Shown here in pieces: positions 25,687-34,057 of a DNA stretch of 64,000 bases. The DNA comes from a virus. Both the position numbers and the translations under genes were made by a program. The notes beneath the pieces were generated by a model that saw only the letters and a list, made by a program, of their open reading frames with translations, had not been told where the DNA came from and ran no database searches. The DNA is taken from IMG/VR virus record IMGVR_UViG_3300037423_002564, one strand, 5' to 3'. Numbering within the stretch: the stretch's first letter is position 1; every line of letters starts with the position of its first letter.

Positions 25687-26058
25687 ATGCAGATCCTGAC
25701 CCACAAGAAGCGCTGCGAGCACTGCCGGCGGTTGTACATGCCGATGGTGGAGTACACGCCCCTGGCCGACAGCGGACGGCACATGTACACCAGCAAGGGC
25801 GAGCTGATCGCCGCGCCCGACTTCATCCGGCCGATGTACGGGTACTTCCGCGACCGCACGGAGAACCCGTCCTACGTCTGGGCTGGCGGTCGGTTCATCC
25901 TGGGCGTGGCGCCCAGCAAGGGCTACTGCGGCCTCCTCTGCAAGCGCAACGCCAAGCAGGACCGCGAGCGCAGCCCCTTCGAGGCGGCGATGATGTCGGA
26001 GATGCTGCCCGGGATGGTGAACAACCGGGCCAACCGGCGGGGCGCGGGCTTGTGTTGA
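25687..26058 (+). CDS. DSGR-array gene 13
   Basis: CEHC..LADSGR..YCGLLC. Confidence 0.75.
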   Translation: MQILTHKKRCEHCRRLYMPMVEYTPLADSGRHMYTSKGELIAAPDFIRPMYGYFRDRTENPSYVWAGGRFILGVAPSKGYCGLLCKRNAKQDRERSPFEAAMMSEMLPGMVNNRANRRGAGLC

Positions 26059-26414
26059 GCACGTACCTCAACGATACCGGCAAGTTCGGCACCGAGAAGG
26101 ACCGGGCGCGCTGTGACGGCTGCGGGGACAGCTACCTGCGGGACGGCGGGACCTGGACGATGCTCGACTCCGGCCGGACGGTGCCGCCGCGCTGGCGCCC
26201 GATGGACGAGGTTCTATCCGAAGTGATGTTCTGGGCCATCATCTGGGCGAAGAAGCCGCTCTTCGGCACGCCGTTCCGTGTCAAGGGCATCCCGCTGCCC
26301 TTCGTGAACGTGGAGTTCCATGCGGGCTACTGCTCTGACGCCTGCGAGGACACAGCCCGCCGCGCCGCGGCCTTCCGTCTGGCCGTCATCAACGCTCCTG
26401 GGAGGCAGGCATGA
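26055..26414 (+). CDS. DSGR-array gene 14
   Basis: TTG start (TTGA overlap); CDGC..MLDSGR..KPLFGTPF..YCSDAC. Confidence 0.72.
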   Translation: MSTYLNDTGKFGTEKDRARCDGCGDSYLRDGGTWTMLDSGRTVPPRWRPMDEVLSEVMFWAIIWAKKPLFGTPFRVKGIPLPFVNVEFHAGYCSDACEDTARRAAAFRLAVINAPGRQA

Positions 26415-26719
26415 GCGACTCGATCCTCGCGCACCAGTGCCAACGCTGCGGCAAGGTCTACGACCGGGCGGGCGAGCTTGTGACCGTGACCGACTCCGGC
26501 CGCCCCGTCGTGCGCACGGCGCCCTGGTGCTCCACCATCTGGGCCACCCATGAGGAGAAGAAGAACGCGATGCTGCGCGAGGTCATCGCCACGGGGAAGC
26601 CCATCTTCGGCACGCCCTTCTGGCCCCATGGCCTGGCGCTCGCGCTCGCCGACATCGAGCAGCACCCGGGCTTCTGCTCCGACGCGTGCAGCGCGGCTGC
26701 ACGGAAAGGAACCGCATGA
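26411..26719 (+). CDS. DSGR-array gene 15
   Basis: CQRC..VTDSGR..KPIFGTPF..FCSDAC. Confidence 0.75.
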   Translation: MSDSILAHQCQRCGKVYDRAGELVTVTDSGRPVVRTAPWCSTIWATHEEKKNAMLREVIATGKPIFGTPFWPHGLALALADIEQHPGFCSDACSAAARKGTA

Positions 26720-27171
26720 ACGACATCCCCCGCCTCGACAAGCCGCCGACCCAGATGGTCTGCCGCGAGTGCCAGCAGCCCTTCCGGCGCCAGGTCTCGA
26801 TCGTCTGCCTGTCCGACACGTTCCGGGAGCTGAAGCACACGGAGCGCCTGCTCTACGTGGACACCATGAAGCGCGCGGAGCAGGCGTTCGTGCAAGAGGT
26901 GGCCCGCTCGGCCGAGGGCTTCAAGCTCGGGCCCTACATGTTCGGCATCTGCCTGTACACCCACTGGCGCATCCCCTACCACGGCACCTGCGGCCCCGAC
27001 TGCGAGGCCGCCGTGCTGATGCGCAACCTGCGCCAGACCTCGGGCGCGGACGGCCTGATGAAGCAGCGCGAGGCGCTCTGGTTCCACTGGGACGAGGGCG
27101 CCTACGGCTCCCGGCCCGTGCGATCGCAGAACAGCGCGCCCGCCCTCGTCGACCTGGAGAAGCTGGTATGA
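26716..27171 (+). CDS. DSGR-array gene 16 (degenerate DTFR)
   Basis: CREC..LSDTFR..HGTCGPDC. Confidence 0.68.
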   Translation: MNDIPRLDKPPTQMVCRECQQPFRRQVSIVCLSDTFRELKHTERLLYVDTMKRAEQAFVQEVARSAEGFKLGPYMFGICLYTHWRIPYHGTCGPDCEAAVLMRNLRQTSGADGLMKQREALWFHWDEGAYGSRPVRSQNSAPALVDLEKLV

Positions 27172-27998
27172 CAACCCCCTGCACCAACGAATGCACGATC
27201 ATGACCAGCCGCCAGAAGGAGCTGCGCACGAGCGCCGGCGCCTACCGCGAGATGCTGGTCGAGGCGGTCAAGAAGCTGACGGAGCACGGCATCGACCCGG
27301 GCATCTTCACCATGTTCCTCAACAGCCGCCACGACATCGGCGCGGCCCAGGCCCGCCAGATGATGCTCGACCGCGAGGCGGCGGAGGCCGGGCGCTCGGC
27401 CATCTGGTACTTGGAGCACTACGTCGTCCAGATGCGCAAGGAGCTGGCGCGAAAGGGGCTCTTGGACCCCGCGGACCGCGACGAATACGACGAGCTGGGC
27501 AGCGCCCACCTCGAAGCGATGGAGAAGGTCGCGAAGTACCGGGCGCTCGACGAGACCAAGGGCTTGAGCCACCACCGCGGGGACTTCAGCACGGAGCCGC
27601 TCGCCGGCGCCGACCCGCGGGCCCACGGCCACGCCCAGAAGGTGGCCGCCGCGGCGCGCGCGCTCTTGGCGATGGACGCCTACATCCACCGGTTGCGCCA
27701 GGCGTACTACAGCAACGACCCGGAGGTCCGCTCCAACGCGGACAAGCTGCTCAACCATGTGGGCAGCGAGGCGCTCCAGGACGCGTGGACCGCCTACGCC
27801 CTGTTGGGGATGAACGGCGAGTGGTGCGGCAGCGCCGACCGCCGGCCGACCATCGCCGTGGGTAAGACGCTGATGGAGCGCTGCAAGACCCTGGAAGAGG
27901 CAAACGACCGTCTGGCCGTGGACAACGACGACCTCAAGGCGGAAAACGAGAAGCTGCGGGCAGAGCTGGAGAAGCTGCGGGCGAAGGAGGCGCGATGA
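27168..27998 (+). CDS. Helical protein with C-terminal coiled coil (no DSGR)
   Basis: ATGA overlap; EKLRAELEKLRAKE tail. Confidence 0.65.
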   Translation: MTTPCTNECTIMTSRQKELRTSAGAYREMLVEAVKKLTEHGIDPGIFTMFLNSRHDIGAAQARQMMLDREAAEAGRSAIWYLEHYVVQMRKELARKGLLDPADRDEYDELGSAHLEAMEKVAKYRALDETKGLSHHRGDFSTEPLAGADPRAHGHAQKVAAAARALLAMDAYIHRLRQAYYSNDPEVRSNADKLLNHVGSEALQDAWTAYALLGMNGEWCGSADRRPTIAVGKTLMERCKTLEEANDRLAVDNDDLKAENEKLRAELEKLRAKEAR

Positions 27999-28768
27999 TC
28001 GCGTTCGGCATCGACGTCTCGGGGGCGGCCGGCACCTTGGCCGGGCTGGCCCTCGCGCGCTGGGTCCACGTGGCCTTCATGGCGTGGATGGACCGCAAGC
28101 GCACCCCGGCGCCGGCGATCGCCGAGGAGGGCGCCTTGCCCGAGGAGGAGCAGGAGCGCCTCTTGGTGGCGATGGGCTTCGACCCGGCGCGGGCCCACCA
28201 CATCGTCGAGCTGGCGACGCCCGAGGCGATCGCGGCCATCAAGGCGGAGACGGCGGCCAAGCTCGCGGCCATCGAGCAGGAGACCCAGGCCAAGCTCGCG
28301 GCGATCGAGGAGGAGAAGCAGGCACGGTTCGCGGCGCTCCAAGGAGAGGCGGCGCAGCGCAGCATGGAGCGCTCGCGCAACCTGGACAAGCTGCTGACCA
28401 ACCTCGGCCGCGAGAAGCTGGGGATGGACGCCGAAGGCGGCCAGAGCGCCCAGGCCCTGCACGCCATGATGTCGGAGGCCCGCCACATGCTCGACGAGCA
28501 GACGCAGCGGCACGAGCTGGTGATGGGTCCCTGGCCGGAGGAGGATCGCGGCACGCAGATGTTCTACGGCTTGATGAGCCAGGCGGAGCGGGAGATCATG
28601 GAGGCCATGCGGGTGCCGGACGAGCTGATGAAGACCGCCCGGGTCCAGACGGAGCGTGGCATCCAGCGGACCGCACACGCGCGTGCCATCGAGATCCTGT
28701 GCGAGAACTTCGGCATGCTGCCGACCTCGCCGGAGGAGAAGCTGAAGAAGAGGGGCCCATGGCGCTGA
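27995..28768 (+). CDS. N-terminally membrane-anchored coiled-coil protein (no DSGR)
   Basis: Hydrophobic N-terminus; repeated AKLAAIE. Confidence 0.65.
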   Translation: MIAFGIDVSGAAGTLAGLALARWVHVAFMAWMDRKRTPAPAIAEEGALPEEEQERLLVAMGFDPARAHHIVELATPEAIAAIKAETAAKLAAIEQETQAKLAAIEEEKQARFAALQGEAAQRSMERSRNLDKLLTNLGREKLGMDAEGGQSAQALHAMMSEARHMLDEQTQRHELVMGPWPEEDRGTQMFYGLMSQAEREIMEAMRVPDELMKTARVQTERGIQRTAHARAIEILCENFGMLPTSPEEKLKKRGPWR

Positions 28769-29004
28769 TCACCGACGCGTTCCCGTTCTACGTCTGCTGC
28801 GGCCATCCCTGCGGCAACGTGCTGCCGGACAGCGGGCGCATGGGCACCATGTGTCGGGACTGCCGGCCCCACTTCTACACCGGCAAGACGGAGCGCGGCA
28901 TGGAGTTGCGCGAGACCCGCCAGCACGAGGTCGTCGTCATGGAGTACCTGCCGCGCCGCAAGAAGCCGATCGTCACCCGCGTGCCCCAGGGCCGGTTCGT
29001 GTGA
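28759..29004 (+). CDS. DSGR-array gene 17
   Basis: CCGHPC..LPDSGR..MCRDC. Confidence 0.7.
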   Translation: MALITDAFPFYVCCGHPCGNVLPDSGRMGTMCRDCRPHFYTGKTERGMELRETRQHEVVVMEYLPRRKKPIVTRVPQGRFV

Positions 29005-29348
29005 GCTACGACATGCCGCCGGAGGGGTGGGAGCCGCCGTGCTGCCCGACCTGCGGCGACGAGGTGGAAGAAGACGGCAGCGACACCACGAGCTGGGGCA
29101 TCTGCTTCGCCTGCGAGCGCGAGGGGATGCTACCCACCCAGCTCCCGCCCGACCTCTGCTCGGGCTGCGCGCGTCCGCTGGCGGACTCCGGCCGCGAGCT
29201 GTACCTCTGCCGGCGCTGCATCGACCGCAGCAAGAAACTGCGCATGGGCCCGGAGGGCAAGGCGGTCGTGGAGTACGAGATCCTCTGGGCGCCGGGCCGC
29301 GAGAGCCGGCTGCTCATGCTGGGGATCGCCGGCCGCCCCCGCGTATAG
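29001..29348 (+). CDS. DSGR-array gene 18
   Basis: GTGA overlap; CPTC..CFAC..CSGC..LADSGR..LCRRC. Confidence 0.72.
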   Translation: MSYDMPPEGWEPPCCPTCGDEVEEDGSDTTSWGICFACEREGMLPTQLPPDLCSGCARPLADSGRELYLCRRCIDRSKKLRMGPEGKAVVEYEILWAPGRESRLLMLGIAGRPRV

Positions 29349-29360
29349 ACGCAGCTTCGC

Positions 29361-29386
29361 CCGGGGTCGCCTGTGGGTGGCCCCGG
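29361..29386 (+). terminator. Hairpin closing the small-gene operon
   Basis: CCGGGGTCGCC-TGTG-GGTGGCCCCGG; weak U-tract. Confidence 0.45.
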
Positions 29387-29407
29387 ACTTCGTGATGTAA
29401 CGGCCCG

Positions 29408-29437
29408 TTGGTCGGACCGTCCTATCCATATAATACC
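29408..29437 (+). promoter_or_regulatory. Operator plus -10 promoter for the tail region
   Basis: TTGGTCGGACC 29408-29418 and TCCATATAATACC 29425-29437. Confidence 0.7.
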
Positions 29438-29465
29438 ACTGTCCAAGGGACTTGTGGAGGGTGGG

Positions 29466-29768
29466 ATGAGCGCCAACAAGTTGACCGTAGCGCAGCTCGC
29501 TACCATCGGGGTTGCCGTGAACGGCGGTCCCGTCAACGCCGGCGTCCAGTTCCAGGTGCCCGAGTCCCAGCAAGAGGTCATCGAGGTCAACCGCTACGGC
29601 ATCGTGACCGCCAAGGGCCCCGGCGCGGCCGTGGTCCTGGCGCACGACCCGCAGGCGATCCTCGTGGATGCGCCCATCTTCGTGGTGCGCAAGACCGCCC
29701 AGGCCCAATACGAGGAAGACGTCCGCAACGGGCTGGTGAAGCCCCGCACCGTCTTCTCGCCGCTGTAG
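29466..29768 (+). CDS. Small Ig-like (Big_2-type) structural protein
   Basis: VIEVNRYGIVTAKGPGAAVVLA. Confidence 0.55.
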   Translation: MSANKLTVAQLATIGVAVNGGPVNAGVQFQVPESQQEVIEVNRYGIVTAKGPGAAVVLAHDPQAILVDAPIFVVRKTAQAQYEEDVRNGLVKPRTVFSPL

Positions 29769-29777
29769 GAGGGCTGC

Positions 29778-31421
29778 ATGGGGTTCGAGCTGCGTCTCTC
29801 CAACCAGGCGGACTTCGCCACCACCGTCGACGGCGATGCCTCGGGCATCGTCTACGTCGCGGCGGCCGGCGACGGCACCGTGGCGACCGTGGACCCGCAG
29901 ACGGGCCACCTCGTCGCGCTGGCCCCCGGCCTCGCGCAGGTGCAAGCCTGGAAGAACAACATCGTCGTGGACGAGCACGCCGTGCTGGTCAAGAGCGACG
30001 CCCAGTTCGCCTTCGACCAGGCCAAGCGCGCCAAGACCGTGCGCGTCGCGACCTCCGTGGGTCTGCTCTCGGGCGACCAGACGCCGCCCGTGGTGGCCCC
30101 GCCCCTGCTCGCCACCCAGGGCCAGACGCTCACCATCGACTGGCCGAACGTGCTGGAGGGCGAGAGCGCGATCACGGAGCTGACGCTCGACATCCGCTCG
30201 CTCGACGGCACCGTGACGATCGCCCTGGGGCAGACCGTCTTCGAGGGCGCCCGCCCCTACCAGATCACGCTGCCCGACGCGCGCCCCTACCGCGTCACGC
30301 TCTACGCCCGCAACACGAACAACCTGATCGCCTCGACGTCCGCCGACGTGACGCCGGGCGTCAACCCGCTCGCGGTCACGGACTTCGACGCGTCGGACGC
30401 CGCGAACGCCGTCGTGAGCTGGACGAGCGCACAGGCGGGCCTCATCACCTACACCGTGACGATCCTCGACCAGTTCGGCAACCCGGTGGCGAGCTACCCC
30501 GTCACCCAGGGCGGCACCAGCCACACGACCACTTTGGACCTGTCCGGCCTGCCGATGGGCAGCTACACGGCCGTGGTCTCGGACACCGGCAACGCCAGCA
30601 GCAGCCCGGCCTCGCCCTTGGAGCCGCTGAACGGCGCGAACACGCTCTACGGCGCCGATGGTGGCGACAACGGCGACGGCACCGTGACCTTGACCTGGTC
30701 CAACACGGCCGCGGACCCGAACCGCTCCTACACCATCACCATCAAGGACGCCAGCGGCACCGTCGTCGCCACCGTGCCCTACACGGGCTCCGGCACCCAG
30801 CAGGCGGCCACCGTGGACCTCGAAGCGCTGGGCCTGCCCGCGGGCGGCTATAGCTTCGTGGTGACGGACGACGTCACCAACGACACCGTCGCGGGCGCCA
30901 CCTTCATCTTCGGCGGCACCACCGCCGGCGGCGAGCCCGGCACCCTCTCGCCCGACGCGGCCACCCCCGCGGGCGCCTTCGCCAGCGCGAGCACGCCCGG
31001 CGCCACGCCCGCCAAGGCGTTTGATGGCAGCGAGGCCACCTACTGGGAGACGAGCCAGACGGGCGCGGCGATCGCCGGCACCTACCTGGGCCAGCACCTG
31101 GCGCCCAGCGCCGAGGTGGGCCGCCTGGTCTTCATCCAGGACTACACCAACGGTTACTACGCCGCGGCCGGCAAGGTCCAGTACAGCGCCGATGGCGTGG
31201 GCTGGGTCGACGCCACCGCGGAGACGGCCTTCACCACGAACGTCGTGGAGTTCGCGGAGATCCTGCCCGTGGGCGTGCAGCCCTACTGGCGGGTGCTCTT
31301 CACCCAGGGGAACCCGGACGGGAAGCCCCTGCGCGTGTCCGAGCTGAACATGTACCCCTATGCCGTACCCAGCGAGGGTTTCGGCCAGACCCCCTACGGC
31401 ACCGGCCCTTACGGATACTAG
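29778..31421 (+). CDS. Virion protein with Ig/FN3-like repeats and a C-terminal F5/8 type C (discoidin)-like domain
   Basis: Repeated VSW/LTW..YTITIKD..GTVVATVP strands; AFDGSEATYW..VQYSADGVGW..YWRV..VSEL; ends GFGQTPYGTGPYGY. Confidence 0.7.
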   Translation: MGFELRLSNQADFATTVDGDASGIVYVAAAGDGTVATVDPQTGHLVALAPGLAQVQAWKNNIVVDEHAVLVKSDAQFAFDQAKRAKTVRVATSVGLLSGDQTPPVVAPPLLATQGQTLTIDWPNVLEGESAITELTLDIRSLDGTVTIALGQTVFEGARPYQITLPDARPYRVTLYARNTNNLIASTSADVTPGVNPLAVTDFDASDAANAVVSWTSAQAGLITYTVTILDQFGNPVASYPVTQGGTSHTTTLDLSGLPMGSYTAVVSDTGNASSSPASPLEPLNGANTLYGADGGDNGDGTVTLTWSNTAADPNRSYTITIKDASGTVVATVPYTGSGTQQAATVDLEALGLPAGGYSFVVTDDVTNDTVAGATFIFGGTTAGGEPGTLSPDAATPAGAFASASTPGATPAKAFDGSEATYWETSQTGAAIAGTYLGQHLAPSAEVGRLVFIQDYTNGYYAAAGKVQYSADGVGWVDATAETAFTTNVVEFAEILPVGVQPYWRVLFTQGNPDGKPLRVSELNMYPYAVPSEGFGQTPYGTGPYGY

Positions 31422-31436
31422 CAGGAGGAACCTTCC

Positions 31437-33995
31437 ATGCCGCCTATCGGAACCACCGCCACGCTCAACCTCGCGAAGTTCGCCCCGAACGCGCGCGGCT
31501 GGGACGCGGACGTCAACGCCAACTGGGACACCATCGACGCGACCTTCGTGTCCTCGAAGGCGGCCGGCTGGATCACCTCCGGCGTGTTCGCCGCCGCCCG
31601 CATCCCCCTCGCGACCGCGCTGGTCGCCGGCGCCGTGTTCGCGGGCGCGGGCTCGAACCTCACGCTGAACGCCGGCACCGGCGAGCTGTCGCTGACCCAG
31701 CAGAACGTCTGGGACGCCCTGGGGTACATCCCCAAGGATGCCGCCGACGCGGGCCAGCCCAACGGCTTCGCGCCCCTCGACGCCAACGCCCTCATCCCCA
31801 GCGTCCACATCCCGCCGATCGCCTTGACGCGCATCACGGTGGTGGCGGACGACACCGCGCGCTTCGCCCTGGATCCGGCCGACGTGCAGGTCGGCGACGT
31901 GGTCAAGGTCACGGGCACGGGCAAGACCTACGTGGTCTCCGCGGCCGACTTGACCCAGGCGGGTAGCTACGTCGAGATCACGGATGGCGTCGGCATCACC
32001 ACCGTCAACGGCAAGAGCGGCGGCACCGTGCTGCTCACCACCGACGACGTGGGCGAGGGCTCGACCAACCTGTACTTCACCACGGCGCGCGCGCAGGCCG
32101 CCGTCACGAAGGCCGTGGTCGAGGGCGTGCTGACGGGCACCATCACCAGCCACAACCACGACACCCAGTACCTGGGCCTGGGCGGCGGCACCCTGACGGG
32201 CGCGCTGACCCTGTCCGGCGCGCCCACCCTGGCCTTGCACGCGGCGACCAAGGGCTACGTCGACACCGGCCTGGGCAACAAGCTCGACCTGGGCGGCGGC
32301 ACCCTCACGGGCTACCTGACCCTGGTCGGCGACCCCACCACCAACCTGCACGCGGCCACCAAGGGCTACGTGGACACGGCCGACGCCACCAAGCTGGACC
32401 TGGCCGGCGGCACGCTCACCGGCGCCCTGACGCTGGCCGGCGCGCCCACCGCGAACCTGCACGCCGCCACCAAGAAGTACGTTGACGACGGCCTGGCCCT
32501 CAAGCTGGCGCTCGCCGGCGGCACGCTGACCGGCGCCCTGATCCTGGCCGGCGACCCCACCACGGGCCTGCAAGCCGCGACCAAGAACTACGTCGACACC
32601 ACCATCGCGGGCTTCGACTTCCTCCAGAAGGCCGGCGGCACGATGACCGGCAACATCGTGCTGGTGGGCGACCCCACCGCCGCGCTGCACCCCGCCACCA
32701 AGCAGTACACCGACACGGGCCTGAACGCCAAGCTGAACCTGGCGGGCGGCACCATGACCGGTGCCCTGACGCTGTCGGGCGCCCCCACCCTGGCGCTGCA
32801 CGCGGCCACCAAGGCTTACGTCGACGCGCAGATCGGCGCCAACGCCGGCGTGACCAGCTTCAACGGCCGCAACGGCGTCGTGACGCTGTCCAGCCAGGAC
32901 GTCACCGACGCCCTGACCTTCACCCCGGAGAACATCGCGAACCGCGGCGCCGCCAACGGCTACGCGCCCCTGGGTGCGGACTCCAAGATCGACAGCGTCT
33001 ACCTGCCGCCGATCGCCCTCACCAGCGGCCAGGTGGTCGCCGACCAGGCCGCGCGCCTGGCGCTCACCGCGGGCGACGTCCAGCCCGGCGACTTCGTCAA
33101 GGAAGCCGACACCGGCAAGGTCTACCTGCTGGCCGCGGCCGACCCCTCGGTGAACGCCAACTGGATCGAGGTGGCCGACACCAACGCCGTGATCTCGGTC
33201 AACGGCAAGACCGGCACCACCCTGACCCTGACCACCGACGACGTGGCGGAGGGCGCCACCAACCAGTACTTCACGGCCGCCCGCGTCCAGACCGTGGGCG
33301 ACGCCCGCTACCTGAAGCTGGCCGGCGGCACGCTGACGGGCGCCCTGACGCTCTCCGGCGCGCCCACCCTGGACCTGCACGCGAGCACCAAGAAGTACGT
33401 CGACGACGCCGTGGCCGCCGTGGCCGCGACCGCCGGCGTGACCAGCTTCAACAGCCGCACCGGCGCCATCACCCTCACGGGCTTGGACGTCAACACGGCC
33501 CTGGGCTACACCGCGGCCGACGCGGCGGCCCTCAACGCCAGCGCGCTGACCAGCGGCACGGTGCCCGATGCCCGCATCGCGGCGAACGTCACCCGCCGCC
33601 AGCAGAAGGCCGCGCTCTCGCTGATGGCGCAGGGCCCGCTCTCGGGCTTCACGGGCGTGGCCGTGGCGGACTACGACATCAACCTGGGCGGTGCCAAGAC
33701 CTGGGGCAAGCTGATCATCAGCTCCGCCAGCCTGGGCAACGGCGACTCCTTCACCATCGACCTGCTGAAGGTCACGGCGAACGGTGGCGCCGGCACCAGC
33801 ATCTTCCAGGTCGCGGCCAAGCCGGTCCTGAACGGCACCGGCACCGCCGGCGACGGCCACCTGGACTGGGCGGTGGTGCTGCCCGGCGCGATGGACTCCG
33901 CCGCCCTGGGCGATGGCGAGGGCTACATCCTCAAGATCACCAGCGTCACCGGCAACCCGGAGGACGTGCGCGTCGCCTTCTACGAGGCCCCGTAG
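31437..33995 (+). CDS. Tail fibre protein
   Basis: Seven approximately 37-aa GGTLTGALTL..PT..LHAATK.YVD repeats; VTSFNGRNG-type fibre motifs. Confidence 0.85.
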   Translation: MPPIGTTATLNLAKFAPNARGWDADVNANWDTIDATFVSSKAAGWITSGVFAAARIPLATALVAGAVFAGAGSNLTLNAGTGELSLTQQNVWDALGYIPKDAADAGQPNGFAPLDANALIPSVHIPPIALTRITVVADDTARFALDPADVQVGDVVKVTGTGKTYVVSAADLTQAGSYVEITDGVGITTVNGKSGGTVLLTTDDVGEGSTNLYFTTARAQAAVTKAVVEGVLTGTITSHNHDTQYLGLGGGTLTGALTLSGAPTLALHAATKGYVDTGLGNKLDLGGGTLTGYLTLVGDPTTNLHAATKGYVDTADATKLDLAGGTLTGALTLAGAPTANLHAATKKYVDDGLALKLALAGGTLTGALILAGDPTTGLQAATKNYVDTTIAGFDFLQKAGGTMTGNIVLVGDPTAALHPATKQYTDTGLNAKLNLAGGTMTGALTLSGAPTLALHAATKAYVDAQIGANAGVTSFNGRNGVVTLSSQDVTDALTFTPENIANRGAANGYAPLGADSKIDSVYLPPIALTSGQVVADQAARLALTAGDVQPGDFVKEADTGKVYLLAAADPSVNANWIEVADTNAVISVNGKTGTTLTLTTDDVAEGATNQYFTAARVQTVGDARYLKLAGGTLTGALTLSGAPTLDLHASTKKYVDDAVAAVAATAGVTSFNSRTGAITLTGLDVNTALGYTAADAAALNASALTSGTVPDARIAANVTRRQQKAALSLMAQGPLSGFTGVAVADYDINLGGAKTWGKLIISSASLGNGDSFTIDLLKVTANGGAGTSIFQVAAKPVLNGTGTAGDGHLDWAVVLPGAMDSAALGDGEGYILKITSVTGNPEDVRVAFYEAP
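32167..33408 (+). repeat. Coding tandem repeats of the tail fibre (6 adjacent plus 1 distal)
   Basis: Approximately 111-nt units encoding [KY]LxLAGGT[LM]TGxLxLxGxPTxxLHAATKxYVD; boundaries approximate. Confidence 0.85.
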
Positions 33996-34057
33996 TCGCA
34001 ACCGGATTCCAGAGGGGCGGCTCCGGCCGCCCCATCCCACGATAAGGAGCCTTCGCG

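Noticed and set aside
27995-28768. Portal-protein fragment (EIMEAMRVPDELM resemblance)
   Set aside because: The similarity is limited to a few residues; the protein is too short and has an N-terminal membrane segment.
22377-29348. DSGR array as a DNA-level repeat system (integron cassettes, CRISPR, diversity-generating retroelement)
   Set aside because: Codons under the motif vary synonymously. I saw no attC-like palindromes or spacers between the overlapping genes, no reverse transcriptase, and no TR/VR pair differing at adenines in the window.
22377-29348. DSG as a eukaryotic beta-TrCP phosphodegron
   Set aside because: All context (SD sites, sigma70 promoters, bacterial SSB tail) is bacterial, and the downstream Ser of DSGxxS is generally absent.
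34014-34033. Hairpin GGGGCGGC-TCCG-GCCGCCCC as a terminator
   Set aside because: Perfect stem but no U-tract, and the fibre genes continue. More likely an RNA processing or stability element, so it was not called.
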